NCBI GenBank assembly: GCA_031426555.1
Contig: JANPLN010000030.1
Location: 32,001-96,000 of the forward strand
Length of the DNA: 64,000 nucleotides
Origin: Bdellovibrionales bacterium
GTDB lineage: Bacteria > Bdellovibrionota > Bdellovibrionia > Bdellovibrionales > JAGQZY01
Reading direction: 5' to 3'
Position 1 is the stretch's first letter. Each line of letters begins with the position of its first letter. This document shows positions 1-10,181 of this stretch, piece after piece. A program made the position numbers and the translations under genes. The notes under the pieces were generated by a model, which was not told where the DNA came from, did not search any database, and saw nothing but the letters and a program-made list of their open reading frames with translations.

Positions 1-28
1 AAAAGAGTCAGCGCCCACACAAACCACA

Positions 29-901
29 TTAGAACAGGAGTCCAAGTTTAAGAGAAATGACATTGGTGGTGACATCGCCCGACGGAAAATAATAATAGGC
101 GATTTCGAAGGGAAGCGTGTAGCCATTCAAATGAAACTCCATACCACCGCCAAATTCACCAATGGCTAAACTGTCGATAGAACCTTCAATAATAATGTCC
201 GACGACTTTGACATTGGATAAAGAATTCCCAGGCCACCAATTAAATAAAAGCTGGAGGATTTGCTTTTTGAAAACGACCAGTGAAAAAGAGCGTCCATTG
301 TGAGGTAAGTGATATCGGTGCCGGTGGCGGTGACAACCGAAAGGTTTGAAAGAGGGCGACCGTCACCGGTGACCGAGAAAAATTCCGCACCCAGCATTCC
401 ACGAAAGTAGACAGACTGAAAAAGTGGATAATCGTAGAGACCGCGAAGAGCAATACTGCTTCCGCTTTGCGAAGATTGTCCAAGGGTTCCTTGGTCCACA
501 TCTTGGCTCGCCATTCCGTACCCGGCTAGAACGCCGACGCGAGACTGGGGGTACTGGGAAGAGCTGTCGTCCTCGTCAGCGCTTTGGTCTTCGGCCACCA
601 CAGATGGGGCCTTCTTCGCTTTTTTGCCAGCCGCTTTAAAAGTTGTTGTGTAACCTTTGTCGGCTTTGCCTTTTTTAAGGAGTCCGATGGCTTTTCGACC
701 TTTAAACTTTTTGATTTGTACGAGGCCTAACTTTTTACCCTCGGCATTGTTCAATATAAAGTAGTCGTTGGTTGTGAACGGCTCTTCTTGGTCAAACATG
801 ATGTAAACTTTGGAGCCTTTTACCTTCATGACTTTTCCCGCGTGGGCAGTAAAAGAAAAACTGAACAATAACAAAGAGATCAAGATGCTAAAATATTTCA
901 T
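29..901 (-). CDS. Secreted protein with C-terminal outer-membrane beta-barrel domain
   Basis: Signal peptide MKYFSILISLLLFSFSFTAHA, SD-like GAGG before ATG 901, alternating amphipathic strands in the C-terminal half, terminal Phe (LKLGLLF). Confidence 0.65.
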   Translation of the reverse strand: MKYFSILISLLLFSFSFTAHAGKVMKVKGSKVYIMFDQEEPFTTNDYFILNNAEGKKLGLVQIKKFKGRKAIGLLKKGKADKGYTTTFKAAGKKAKKAPSVVAEDQSADEDDSSSQYPQSRVGVLAGYGMASQDVDQGTLGQSSQSGSSIALRGLYDYPLFQSVYFRGMLGAEFFSVTGDGRPLSNLSVVTATGTDITYLTMDALFHWSFSKSKSSSFYLIGGLGILYPMSKSSDIIIEGSIDSLAIGEFGGGMEFHLNGYTLPFEIAYYYFPSGDVTTNVISLKLGLLF

Positions 902-974
902 AGACGTCCTCTTTTGGGTTCTCAATGAACTCCCTATTATTTTAGAAGACGTCGGTGGAAATAACTATGAGATT

Positions 975-1008
975 GTCTTTGCGGCCCCACTTAGGGCCAG
1001 GCAAAGAC
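975..1008. terminator. Hairpin downstream of ssb, possible terminator
   Basis: GTCTTTGC-GGCCC-cactta-GGGCC-ag-GCAAAGAC stem; no strong U-tract on the ssb strand. Confidence 0.4.
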
Positions 1009-1038
1009 TGAGAGTTTTTTTAATATAATTCGAAATGC

Positions 1039-1464
1039 TTAGAAAGGAATTTCTTCGTGGGAATCAAAGCTCGGTTCAGGAGAGAAGTCCGCTGCTGGAG
1101 CCGACGAACCCATGCCCGCGCCCATGCCTCTTTCATTCGGGGCACCAAGAAACTGAACAGTGGTCGCTACAACCTCTGTTGTGTAGCGTTTTTGTCCCTG
1201 TTGATCTTCCCAGTTGCGAGTTTGCAATTTGCCTTCAACGTACACTTGGCGACCTTTGCTTAAGTGCTGGCGACAAACTTCGGCCAATTTTGCCCAAACA
1301 ACAATGCGGTGCCATTCTGTGCGTTCTTGTTTTTGTCCATCGCGATCCACCCAGTTTTCACTGGTGGCGATGTTAAAATTGGCCACACTTTGTCCTGAAG
1401 ACAGTGTTTTAAGTTCAGGATCTGCGCCCAAGCGACCGACGAGAATGACTTTGTTTACTGACAT
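1039..1464 (-). CDS. ssb: Single-stranded DNA-binding protein
   Basis: [34 protein letters not shown] motifs and acidic tail EEIPF. Confidence 0.98.
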   Translation of the reverse strand: MSVNKVILVGRLGADPELKTLSSGQSVANFNIATSENWVDRDGQKQERTEWHRIVVWAKLAEVCRQHLSKGRQVYVEGKLQTRNWEDQQGQKRYTTEVVATTVQFLGAPNERGMGAGMGSSAPAADFSPEPSFDSHEEIPF

Positions 1465-1491
1465 AATTCCCCCATTTGTTGGTGATCAATC

Positions 1492-1521
1492 GTTATACTG
1501 AGGATGCTGCGCGGAATGCAA
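1492..1521 (-). promoter_or_regulatory. Candidate sigma70-type promoter of ssb
   Basis: TTGCAT (1521-1516), 18 nt spacer, TATAAC (1497-1492) on the minus strand, 28 nt upstream of the ssb ATG. Confidence 0.4.
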
Positions 1522-1566
1522 ACGGAGTTTGCAAAAGGTGCAGATGGTCGACTGGCACATGACGAC

Positions 1567-1749
1567 ATGCCCAACTTTACAGCACTTTAAGTTTCTGAAT
1601 TCTTCCAAAAACTCAAATTGTAAGGAAAAAGACCTCTCGCCAACAGGATGTTGGATCTGCGAGTTGAGCCCACGACGGGCGCGTCTTTTTTCTTACAATT
1701 TGAGTTTTTGTAAGAATTCAGAAACTTAAAGTGCTGTAAAATTAGGCAT
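1567..1749. repeat. Long foldback element E1 (67-bp arms, 49-nt structured core)
   Basis: 1567-1633 is the reverse complement of 1683-1749 with 4 mismatches; the right arm includes the last 24 nt of gspN. Confidence 0.95.
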
Positions 1750-2715
1750 TGGGTCGCTAAATCCGTTCGCCTGGACGCGAAATGCGTAGCGCAGGCCTTC
1801 GCTGGTGGTTGTACTGTATTTGCCGAGATATCCTTGAATGGCATCAGCGGCACTGCCGAGCTTGGCTTGCATGGATTTTTTTAAATTTAAATCCACAGCC
1901 AAGCTGTAGAAGCCAACGGTGGGAGTTCCTCCGGGGAATACACGGATGTCCATTTCACCGGAAATTTTTAAAATCATCTCGTCAGAGCCACTGCCGAGCT
2001 GAGTCTCTTTGAGCAAAAGCTTTCCATTCTTTAACGTGCCTTTGAGAACGACTTTTTGAAAACTCATGGCGGGAAGAGCCATGGGGCCAAAACCCGTTGC
2101 GATTTCGAACTGCGGAATGATCAATTTTGCCAGGCTCATTTCAATCACGCCCTCGGGCTGGGTTTTCATCGATGGATCCAAATCCATCTTCGCGGTCAGT
2201 TGCCCGAGCGCAGACGGGGATACCGGCCAGTTGGGGCCCAAACTTTTTGCGAGAATTTTAACATCAAAATCAGAGTAGTTCAGATCGAGCTCGATCGCCT
2301 GCGGATCTTTGATTTTTGAACTCGCACTGGTTGAGGCCTCGAGCGTTCCGCCAAAAAGACCTTCAGCATCGATGTTGACGTGGGGCTTTAGAACTTTGGT
2401 AAAAGCAAATTGAATACAAGCGAGCACTGATGGTGCCACCTTCAAGTACTTCACTTCGACCTGCTCGATCATAGGACTTTCCACCAGCGCTTGCTTCATG
2501 ATGACGGCTGGACGGGGAAAAAACGACAGGTCCATGCTCTCAAATTCTAGATAAATAAGGCCACTGGCGTTGGTTTCGGCGACGATCTTTTCGCCAAGCT
2601 CAGTCAGTGGAAAAAACACCACGGAAAAAACCAAACAGCACAACAAAAACATGACGATCTTCATTTTGTGAAACAAAAAAATCGTCTTTATAAAATCAAT
2701 CACTGTTCGTAGCAT
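1726..2715 (-). CDS. gspN: Type II secretion system protein GspN-like
   Basis: N-terminal TM ending VVFFP, beta-rich periplasmic body, last gene of the gsp cluster. Confidence 0.75.
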   Translation of the reverse strand: MLRTVIDFIKTIFLFHKMKIVMFLLCCLVFSVVFFPLTELGEKIVAETNASGLIYLEFESMDLSFFPRPAVIMKQALVESPMIEQVEVKYLKVAPSVLACIQFAFTKVLKPHVNIDAEGLFGGTLEASTSASSKIKDPQAIELDLNYSDFDVKILAKSLGPNWPVSPSALGQLTAKMDLDPSMKTQPEGVIEMSLAKLIIPQFEIATGFGPMALPAMSFQKVVLKGTLKNGKLLLKETQLGSGSDEMILKISGEMDIRVFPGGTPTVGFYSLAVDLNLKKSMQAKLGSAADAIQGYLGKYSTTTSEGLRYAFRVQANGFSDPMPNFTAL

Positions 2716-2716
2716 C

Positions 2717-3367
2717 TTATCTCTTCTTTTTACCCGGGGTGGGCTCGTCTTTCATCGGGAGTGAAAGGGAACTCATGGTGAATTTGACTTGAAAGTAATG
2801 GGGATCTTCTTTGTCCGCTTGAATATCAACGCCTGCGAGTTTGGTGTTGGGATGCATGGCCGAGAGTTTTTGGCTGAGCTGAACAATTTGCGTGAGGTTC
2901 AATTTTTTAAGCTCAATGGAAAGGCCTTCTTGTTGGATAGGTCCGGAAACCATTTTGCTGGGAAGGGGTTTATTAACCGGCACATAAGCGCCTTTTTGCG
3001 ATTCAATGATCTGTGTGCTGGTGATCTGTGCATCAATCAATGAGCGCATTTCATCGAAGCTCAGCCCTTTGAATTGATCTGTGCGAATCACCGGGTTGCG
3101 AGCTGTGCGAAACAAATCGCGAATCAACCGGCGGTTGACCTGAAAACTTTCTTCATAGGTTTTTGACGACGACACGAAGGACTCAGGAATGAGATAAATT
3201 GCAAAACCAAGAAAAAAAACCCCACCGAAAATCAAAAGGTTTTGCACCACCGGATTAAAATTTCGGTAGCGCTCCATCAGCTGGATATAGAGGGAGTTTT
3301 CCTGGACGCGGGCAAGCAGCTGCTGAAGGGCTTCTACAATCTTTTCTTTTAGATCCGAAAAATTCAC
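2717..3367 (-). CDS. gspM: Type II secretion system protein GspM-like
   Basis: Single TM followed by a periplasmic ferredoxin-like segment; lies between gspL and gspN. Confidence 0.65.
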   Translation of the reverse strand: MNFSDLKEKIVEALQQLLARVQENSLYIQLMERYRNFNPVVQNLLIFGGVFFLGFAIYLIPESFVSSSKTYEESFQVNRRLIRDLFRTARNPVIRTDQFKGLSFDEMRSLIDAQITSTQIIESQKGAYVPVNKPLPSKMVSGPIQQEGLSIELKKLNLTQIVQLSQKLSAMHPNTKLAGVDIQADKEDPHYFQVKFTMSSLSLPMKDEPTPGKKKR

Positions 3368-4995
3368 AATGTTCCCTTCATCGTAAAGCTAAAAGCAAAC
3401 GCGACGCCTTTGTCCTCTGTGAGCGTGGTTTTTTCGGTGCGAACCTTGTTATTGATCGACATGGGTTCGAGTTTCTTGCGAATCAGATCCACAGTGTTTC
3501 TTTGCTCGGCGATACCTTCCAGGGAAACCTGTGCGTTATTCACACTGACCTTGCGGATGTCGTAGGTTGTTTGCTTATTAGAGGGCAAGGTTGAACTCAG
3601 AAGATTGACCACCTTCATCGAAGGTTCAATGTCTTGAATCTTCGAAAAGATTTTGGCATTTTTCACTTTATCTTGCTCTTGCAGGATGAAGCGCTCAATC
3701 CCTTCGGGAGTGGCCTGCGCCCCGCGAAGGTTTGCGATGGTACCAGCGTGTTTTTGCAGTTCTTGAAATGTGGCATCGTCCAAGCCAACCGCCACCTTTT
3801 CGCGCACAAACCCGTAGCCCGTGTAGAGGACATAAGCAACGGCCGCGAGAGTGAGTGCGTGGCCCCACTTACTCCACGTTTTTTCCCAAAACAGATTGCG
3901 CTTGATACTCTCACCTTGGCGCAGGTTGATTGCAGGATTTTTAGGTCGTTTTAGACCTTCCACCGCAAGACCGATAGCAATGGGAAGTTGTTCTGCCATG
4001 TGGGAAACGGCTTGCACTTGGCGCGGTTGCAAAAGATCGCCGATGACGCTTTCGCTGTTAAAAGGAATACCCACATTTTTAGTGAGGTGAGCATTGATAT
4101 TTTCGATGCGACTGAGGGGGCCTGATAATTGCGCAAAGCCGATGGTTCCACGAAAGCGATCTTGGCAATCCAGAATCGTCATTCGCAACTGTTGAGTAAA
4201 ATCCAGCATGGATTTTTCGATGGTCTCTGAAAGTCGCAGCTCTTGAGCGGAGGCCCCGGCCATCATCATCAATAACCGCATTTGATCGGGAATCAGAGTT
4301 GCCGCTTGATCGTAGGGATAGTTAAAGGTTTTCATGAGTTCGAGGATCAAATTCTTTTCACCCCAAGAAATGGTTCGGGTCCAAACGAGTTGGCGCTGTT
4401 GATAGAGCGAAACCAACGTGTGGTCGTGGCGCACAAACAAGCGCATCATCATGGGAGTTGGAATGGTTTCTGGAGCACTCTGTAAGTACGACCCATTCTG
4501 CCAGTCTTCGACCAGGTTTGCAAAAGCCGCGCCCTCGGCACTAATGAGATCTGGATCGATCTGTACGCGCGCTAAAAGATCAACCAATTGAAGGACTTCT
4601 TTTTGTGGGGTCGCAAAAACCAGGACGGCGGTTTCGTTGGCGTTTTGCGAAACTGTTTTGGCATCAAAAAAGCTGTAGTCGCTGCCAAAGGGAAGCTCTT
4701 CATCGAGTTCGAAAGGTAAACTTCGCAAAATATCGAGACGGCGAGAGAAGGGAAAGGAAAGATTGCGGGTGCTCACCAGACGCTGAGGAAGTCCAACGAC
4801 CACAACTTTTTTATCCAGTTCGAAATTCTCTTTGAGAAATTTGAGGCCCTGTAAAAGATCAAGTTCCCAGTTGTCGAGATCGTTGGGATTGAGTGGATAA
4901 AATTCGGCACGATTCACTTCGTACCCGGCGCGATCGACCGTGATCTCTGCCAGCGCGATTCCATTATTGCTTATATCGATACCTATGGCCTTCAT
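3364..4995 (-). CDS. gspL: GspL / PilM-PilN-like inner-membrane platform protein
   Basis: Actin-like N-terminus (AIGIDIS, LPFELDEELPF, AIGLA..INLR), one TM, C-terminal PilN-like domain. Confidence 0.8.
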   Translation of the reverse strand: MKAIGIDISNNGIALAEITVDRAGYEVNRAEFYPLNPNDLDNWELDLLQGLKFLKENFELDKKVVVVGLPQRLVSTRNLSFPFSRRLDILRSLPFELDEELPFGSDYSFFDAKTVSQNANETAVLVFATPQKEVLQLVDLLARVQIDPDLISAEGAAFANLVEDWQNGSYLQSAPETIPTPMMMRLFVRHDHTLVSLYQQRQLVWTRTISWGEKNLILELMKTFNYPYDQAATLIPDQMRLLMMMAGASAQELRLSETIEKSMLDFTQQLRMTILDCQDRFRGTIGFAQLSGPLSRIENINAHLTKNVGIPFNSESVIGDLLQPRQVQAVSHMAEQLPIAIGLAVEGLKRPKNPAINLRQGESIKRNLFWEKTWSKWGHALTLAAVAYVLYTGYGFVREKVAVGLDDATFQELQKHAGTIANLRGAQATPEGIERFILQEQDKVKNAKIFSKIQDIEPSMKVVNLLSSTLPSNKQTTYDIRKVSVNNAQVSLEGIAEQRNTVDLIRKKLEPMSINNKVRTEKTTLTEDKGVAFAFSFTMKGTL

Positions 4996-5047
4996 ATGTC
5001 ACAATTTTACTGGAACAAGAGCTGGGGTTCAAAGCTTATTTGTCGGC

Positions 5048-6355
5048 CTACTTAACGTCCTGGAAAATAACATAAGGAGGTCCCGGTGGCGCAGGCGCTT
5101 CTGCACTTTGGTCGGTATTTTGTTTCTCGAGCTTCCGTTGCTCCTCGATACACTTCTTCTGTTCGTCGCCCGCGGTGGGTTTGTCTTGGCAGATGCACTT
5201 GAATTTTTCTTCTCCGGCCACATCCGCGCATCTCTCGTCGACCGACGTGCTGGATAAACTTTTGCGAAGTCGAGACTGAACTTTTGCAAAATCAAAGACA
5301 ATGGAAGTGATCTCGCGATTCAGGTTTCCCACATTTCCTATACAACTGATGCGGAAGTTGATTTCGGGATCAAAATACAGGGGAATTTTATCTTTATTAA
5401 AATTTGTCGTATTCACCCCAAAACCGCCGATAAAACCAAAAAAATCTTTTTCGTCTTTAAACGGGCCGCCCAAGTTGACATCATTTCGGCGTTTCATAAT
5501 TTCTGTGACCACTTGTTCGGTGATTCCGGGGTCGAGAGCCATGAGCATGGTTTTGTCGGCGTAGTTCACGTTAATGCCCTTACCGCCAAAGACGGTGATG
5601 TTGGGAGCAAGAATCTCGTAGAGCTCGTCTTCCATCATTTTCACCATGTGCAGCTCGTCGATGATTTTGAAGGGTTGGTTGGGGGGGATGTACTGGCTTT
5701 GCATATCGCGGTAGTGCGATCCCTCATCGCCACCCATCAAACTGTTTTTATCGGCATCAATCCAATCGGTGACATGATTGAGCAGATCCTCAAACTTGAA
5801 GTTATAATATTTTTTCGAAAAATCGCCTTGCTCGCGAACTTTTGCCTGGAAGATATCAAGGATTTGCGCCCGTGTTTTTTCGCGGATCACTTTGGATGGA
5901 GACGCCAAATCATTGATATCGATTTTTCCACTTTCACTGGAAATCTGTGAGCTAAAGCGGTGTTTAAAGGTGCTTTGTTTGTTGGCCTTTTTAATTTCGT
6001 CTTGATTTGCCATGGACATATCGTTGTCGGTGGGCAAAGCAAGCGGCCAGGACAAAGGAAACTGCCAAATAATATCCAACATCGACGTGTCGATCATCTG
6101 CGGCTGACCGGGCTGCGCGCCACCGAGGCTGCGCGTGGCCTGCTGATAGGTTTTGATGCGCAAAAGGCTGAGCTCTGTACAGGCTTTTGCAGCGTAATAA
6201 GCTTGCACTCGCTTAACCGTGTTGAGCGAGCCTTGATATTCAACGACCGTGTCTTTTGATATTTCCAAAGCAATAAACATCAGTAAGCTCATAAAAAATA
6301 CCGAAAATAAAATCGCCGAGCCTTTTTGATTGCGTAAAAGTTGAAACGACATCAT
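5048..6355 (-). CDS. gspK: Minor pseudopilin GspK
   Basis: KG|SAILF prepilin-like site, QAYYAAKA, ESGKIDIN, DWIDAD, ININYA-like motifs. Confidence 0.9.
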   Translation of the reverse strand: MMSFQLLRNQKGSAILFSVFFMSLLMFIALEISKDTVVEYQGSLNTVKRVQAYYAAKACTELSLLRIKTYQQATRSLGGAQPGQPQMIDTSMLDIIWQFPLSWPLALPTDNDMSMANQDEIKKANKQSTFKHRFSSQISSESGKIDINDLASPSKVIREKTRAQILDIFQAKVREQGDFSKKYYNFKFEDLLNHVTDWIDADKNSLMGGDEGSHYRDMQSQYIPPNQPFKIIDELHMVKMMEDELYEILAPNITVFGGKGINVNYADKTMLMALDPGITEQVVTEIMKRRNDVNLGGPFKDEKDFFGFIGGFGVNTTNFNKDKIPLYFDPEINFRISCIGNVGNLNREITSIVFDFAKVQSRLRKSLSSTSVDERCADVAGEEKFKCICQDKPTAGDEQKKCIEEQRKLEKQNTDQSAEAPAPPGPPYVIFQDVK

Positions 6356-7263
6356 TGCGTAAGTCCCGGTGGGGGAGTGGTGGTAGGCGTGCCCTGTTGC
6401 CCGGCTGTGCCTGCGGGAGCAAAGCGCTTGGCTGGATCCGTATTGTTGGGAAAGCGAATGGTGGCGATGATTGTTTGGCGAAATTTGCCAATCTCTTTAT
6501 TGTCTTTGTCGTGCACCTCTAAAACCACGCGTACCATGTTTGGAAATATATTTTGCGTTTGCGGGGAGCCGTTGTTGTCGGTGAGCCAACTCTTTTTCCA
6601 TTCCTTGTCATTTTGATCTTCGCTGAGGTATTCAAAATGAAAATCACTCACATTTTCCACAAGCGGTGTGGCCATGCCGCCGCGAGTGACGTCGTTATCA
6701 ATGAGGGTTGAGGCTCGTCGCCACAAACATCGGCTCGTTTTGTCGGTGACGCGGGATTTGCAATCGGCAAGGTAGTAGCCCACTTCGCTCTGGTTGCTTT
6801 CCTGCGCATTGAATGTGGTGCGCTGGTGGTTGAGCGTTGTGAAATGCAATTGGTCGTCCTTGCCGATAAATTGTGTGAGTCGTTCGGGTGGTGGAGGCAA
6901 AGTGAGGTCTTCCCCATCGGCGGTTGTTGCCACCTGGGGGGGTGGTTGGCCGGGAACGGTTCCTTGCTGCGACTGAATTTGTTGCGCGATCACCTGGCGA
7001 TCGAGTTCGTAAAGAGCGTACTGGTAATGAAACGCGCGTTCCACGTCTGTGGCTACGATGCGAAGGGCATCAAACACCACGGTTTCGGTTTTGAGTCGCG
7101 CATCGATTTTATTTTTATTTAAGAGAGCGCCTTTAATCGCTCGCGAGGCAATGAGGGCCATGACCGCCAAGATCCCAAGCACAATCAAAGTTTCGAGAAG
7201 GGAAAAGCCTTGGGATTTAATTCGTTTCGCCGGTCGTACCGTTGTTTCCGCCTGAACCATCAT
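6352..7263 (-). CDS. gspJ: Minor pseudopilin GspJ
   Basis: QG|FSLLE class III signal; start placed at ATG 7263/7260 after GGAGG. Confidence 0.85.
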   Translation of the reverse strand: MMVQAETTVRPAKRIKSQGFSLLETLIVLGILAVMALIASRAIKGALLNKNKIDARLKTETVVFDALRIVATDVERAFHYQYALYELDRQVIAQQIQSQQGTVPGQPPPQVATTADGEDLTLPPPPERLTQFIGKDDQLHFTTLNHQRTTFNAQESNQSEVGYYLADCKSRVTDKTSRCLWRRASTLIDNDVTRGGMATPLVENVSDFHFEYLSEDQNDKEWKKSWLTDNNGSPQTQNIFPNMVRVVLEVHDKDNKEIGKFRQTIIATIRFPNNTDPAKRFAPAGTAGQQGTPTTTPPPGLTQ

Positions 7264-7846
7264 TCCCTCCTCCCCCGGTGACTCCACCGCCGTTTGCTCC
7301 GCCGCCGCCAAGACTTGGTAAGGGCAGTGTTTGCGAATAATCGATTAAAAATGTCGAAGCCGAATATTGCACCGTATTTTTTTTGTACTTGTAAATGATG
7401 GTGACGGTGAGCTCCCGCACCGACTGATTAAAAAAATCCGTCATTTGCTGGATGATCATAGTAAACATGGGATTTTGTGCATCGCCACCGCTTTGCTGCG
7501 AAAGGAGGGGGCCGAGATCTGGCATTTCAAATTTTTTCGAGACCATTTTCCAAGCGTAGTCTTTGTAAGTGGTGTCGAGATCGGCAAAGTCGCCCTCGTC
7601 GTCTTCAGGTAAAAGTGAAATTTCGTTGCGGTACCGTCGGTCCAGTTCGGCCACCTTCAGATCAAGTAGATAGGCCACTTGATGATTCACTTTCATTTTT
7701 TTAAGACGCAAATTACTTGTCGACCACGCCATGGACACAACAATCAAAGCACCTGCGATCACCGACAGTGCCACCAGCACTTCGATCAAGGAGAATCCTC
7801 TTTGGGTTTTCAAAGGAGTCATCGGTCGAATCGATACCAGACTCAT
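7217..7846 (-). CDS. gspI: Minor pseudopilin GspI
   Basis: RG|FSLIEVLVAL class III signal; position between gspH and gspJ; Gly-rich tail. Confidence 0.85.
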   Translation of the reverse strand: MSLVSIRPMTPLKTQRGFSLIEVLVALSVIAGALIVVSMAWSTSNLRLKKMKVNHQVAYLLDLKVAELDRRYRNEISLLPEDDEGDFADLDTTYKDYAWKMVSKKFEMPDLGPLLSQQSGGDAQNPMFTMIIQQMTDFFNQSVRELTVTIIYKYKKNTVQYSASTFLIDYSQTLPLPSLGGGGANGGGVTGGGGNDGSGGNNGTTGETN

Positions 7847-8454
7847 TGGAAGTCCTTTAATTTTTTTTCTTTATTGATCAAATCCACTCGCCCGGTGAGA
7901 GGGTGAATCGCCAGGGACCAGTTGAGTTTATCGCCGTCAGAAATATGAACGACGGCTTCTTCCACGCGACCTTCGGGAAAAAAATGAATATAAACCCGAC
8001 CGGCGGTGTATTCTTTTTTTTGCGCGGCAATTTCCACACTTTTAAAAATCAAGCCGTTCGAAAGGGGTTGCGGACCGCCTTTGGAAAGTTCTTTGTCTGC
8101 CTCGAAGCCCGAGGGATCTTTGTCCTTGTCTTCTTCGCGCAAGTTTTCCCGGCGTCGTTTGAGCTCGTCTTGATCGTAGGTGATCAACGCGTTCCTGCTC
8201 GAAGACTCCACCCAGTAGGATTGCTTCTCTTTCGTATCCTCGGGCATGTTGATGACTAAACGGAACGTGGCATTGCGCATGCGCGCTTTGTTGCGCAAAT
8301 CGCGAATCTGCGCCGCAAAGATGCGAACATCTCGGCGCATTTCCCGGCCTTCGTTTTTTCCGATTCTTTGGCTTAACAAAGCCACTGTAAGACCTACGAT
8401 GGCGAGAACAATGAGGATCTCGATAAGACTAAAGCCTTTTGAGTTTTTTCGCAC
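7843..8454 (-). CDS. gspH: Minor pseudopilin GspH
   Basis: KG|FSLIE signal, IHFFPEG and HPLTG GspH/FimT-type motifs. Confidence 0.85.
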   Translation of the reverse strand: MRKNSKGFSLIEILIVLAIVGLTVALLSQRIGKNEGREMRRDVRIFAAQIRDLRNKARMRNATFRLVINMPEDTKEKQSYWVESSSRNALITYDQDELKRRRENLREEDKDKDPSGFEADKELSKGGPQPLSNGLIFKSVEIAAQKKEYTAGRVYIHFFPEGRVEEAVVHISDGDKLNWSLAIHPLTGRVDLINKEKKLKDFQ

Positions 8455-8470
8455 GAGACCTCAAGGTGAA

Positions 8471-8902
8471 TTAGCGTAATTTTTTGCTGGAGATATCTTC
8501 GCCGGCCGCTTCGCCCCCGGGACGCTTGTTTTTGCCGTAGCTGGTGATCTCAAAATCAGTTCCATCGGATTCATAATTCATTTTGTTCTTCCAAGCGTCT
8601 TTTGGTTCTTCTTTTGCGTAGGGAGCTGGACCCCAGGATTCACAAGCCTCGCCCGGTTTTTTTACTAGAGCGATCAAACCTTGCTCTGTGGTTGGGTAAG
8701 AGCCGCAGTCATTGTTGTAGAGCTCGAGCTGATCGATCACCTGACGCATGATAATTTCAGTTTGCTTGCGATTGGCGTTATCCTGAGCGCCGCCAACGCG
8801 AGTGGCGATCAAGGCGACGATTCCGCCGACAAGGGCAAGAACGATCAAAATTTCAATTAACGAAAAACCTTTGTTTGATAATTTAAAATTATTTTTTCTC
8901 AC
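8471..8902 (-). CDS. gspG: Major pseudopilin GspG
   Basis: KG|FSLIE, YPTTEQGL.AL, KDAW, ITSYG...PGGE motifs. Confidence 0.95.
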   Translation of the reverse strand: MRKNNFKLSNKGFSLIEILIVLALVGGIVALIATRVGGAQDNANRKQTEIIMRQVIDQLELYNNDCGSYPTTEQGLIALVKKPGEACESWGPAPYAKEEPKDAWKNKMNYESDGTDFEITSYGKNKRPGGEAAGEDISSKKLR

Positions 8903-8945
8903 AATTTCTCCTCATTTATTTACAATGACTTAACAAGTTTTCGCT

Positions 8946-10163
8946 CTACTGTACAGTATTCAGCATGTCCATCATAGGAACAAGAACTGAGATAACGATA
9001 AATCCAATGACACCCCCCATTAGGACCGTCATGATTGGATTTAGTACAGAGGTGAGACCGTCTACTTTATTTTTCACCTGAAAATCATAGGTTTCAGCCA
9101 CTTGATTAAGCATTCTTTCCAGTTCGCCAGTTTTTTCGCCGATGGCCACCATGTGAATAACAATCGGCGGAAACTGTTCCGATTTTTTTAATGGGCCGGC
9201 GATGGATTCACCCTCGCGAATATTGTCGCGAGCATCATCAATCGCTCTTGCCAGTACTGCATTATCCACCACATTGCGCACAATATCCATGGCATTGAGC
9301 ATGGGAACTCCGCCAGACAGTAAAGTAGAAAGAGTGCGTGTGAAGCGCGAAACCGCGATCATGCGCGCAAGTTTTCCGACGATGGGGAGATTTAAAAGGA
9401 TTCTATCCCAAATGGGGCGACCCGTGGCGGATCTTTTCCAAACCATAAAAAACGAAAAGCCGCCCACCATGCTGATGATGATTAAATACCAATAGCTCAC
9501 CATAAAATCACTCATGTCGATCACAGCCTGCGTATACCAAGGAATTTCCACGCCTTGATCAATAAGAATTGTTGTGATCGTGGGAAGAATGTAAACAAAC
9601 ATTCCCATCAAAATACCTATCATCGCAATAATCGTGATCACCGGTTGCATCATGGCCGATTGAACCTTAGAGCGAAGCTCGGATCGTGCCTCGGTGAATT
9701 CCGCAAGGCGAAGGAGAATCACGTCGAGAGAGCCCGACATCTCGCCGGCGCCCACCATAGAGACAAACACATTATCAAACGCCTTGGGATATTTGAGCAT
9801 GGCTTTTTGCAGCGTACTTCCCTCGTTCACTTGGTTGCGGCAGTCGGCCAGCACTTCCTTCAGGTAAGGATTTTCGGATTGATCAGAAACCGCGCTTAAA
9901 CAATCCACCAAGGGAATGTTGGCTTTGACCAGCGACGACAGCTGGCGAGTCATGTTGGAAATCTCGTCCACACTCACTCGGCCTGAGGTGACGCCCGAGG
10001 AGGCTTTCTTTTTTTGCTGAGCCTTCATTTTGTCGGCCAGGGTCATCACATAAACGCCGTCTTTTTTTAATTTTAAGCGGGCGTTGCGCTGGTTATCGGC
10101 ATCGATGATACCTTTAACTTTAGTGCCAGCGCGGTTGACGCCCTTGTACTCGTAGACAGGCAT
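8946..10163 (-). CDS. gspF: T2SS inner membrane platform protein GspF
   Basis: MPVYEYKG, AGEMSGSLD, IGEKTGELE repeats of the GspF/PilC family. Confidence 0.97.
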   Translation of the reverse strand: MPVYEYKGVNRAGTKVKGIIDADNQRNARLKLKKDGVYVMTLADKMKAQQKKKASSGVTSGRVSVDEISNMTRQLSSLVKANIPLVDCLSAVSDQSENPYLKEVLADCRNQVNEGSTLQKAMLKYPKAFDNVFVSMVGAGEMSGSLDVILLRLAEFTEARSELRSKVQSAMMQPVITIIAMIGILMGMFVYILPTITTILIDQGVEIPWYTQAVIDMSDFMVSYWYLIIISMVGGFSFFMVWKRSATGRPIWDRILLNLPIVGKLARMIAVSRFTRTLSTLLSGGVPMLNAMDIVRNVVDNAVLARAIDDARDNIREGESIAGPLKKSEQFPPIVIHMVAIGEKTGELERMLNQVAETYDFQVKNKVDGLTSVLNPIMTVLMGGVIGFIVISVLVPMMDMLNTVQ

Positions 10164-10181
10164 AAATAAACCTCAAAGTTT

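Noticed and set aside
1529..1853. Two short opposite-strand ORFs sharing LQHFKFLNS...SET
   Set aside because: A by-product of the E1 inverted repeat, with no independent coding evidence.
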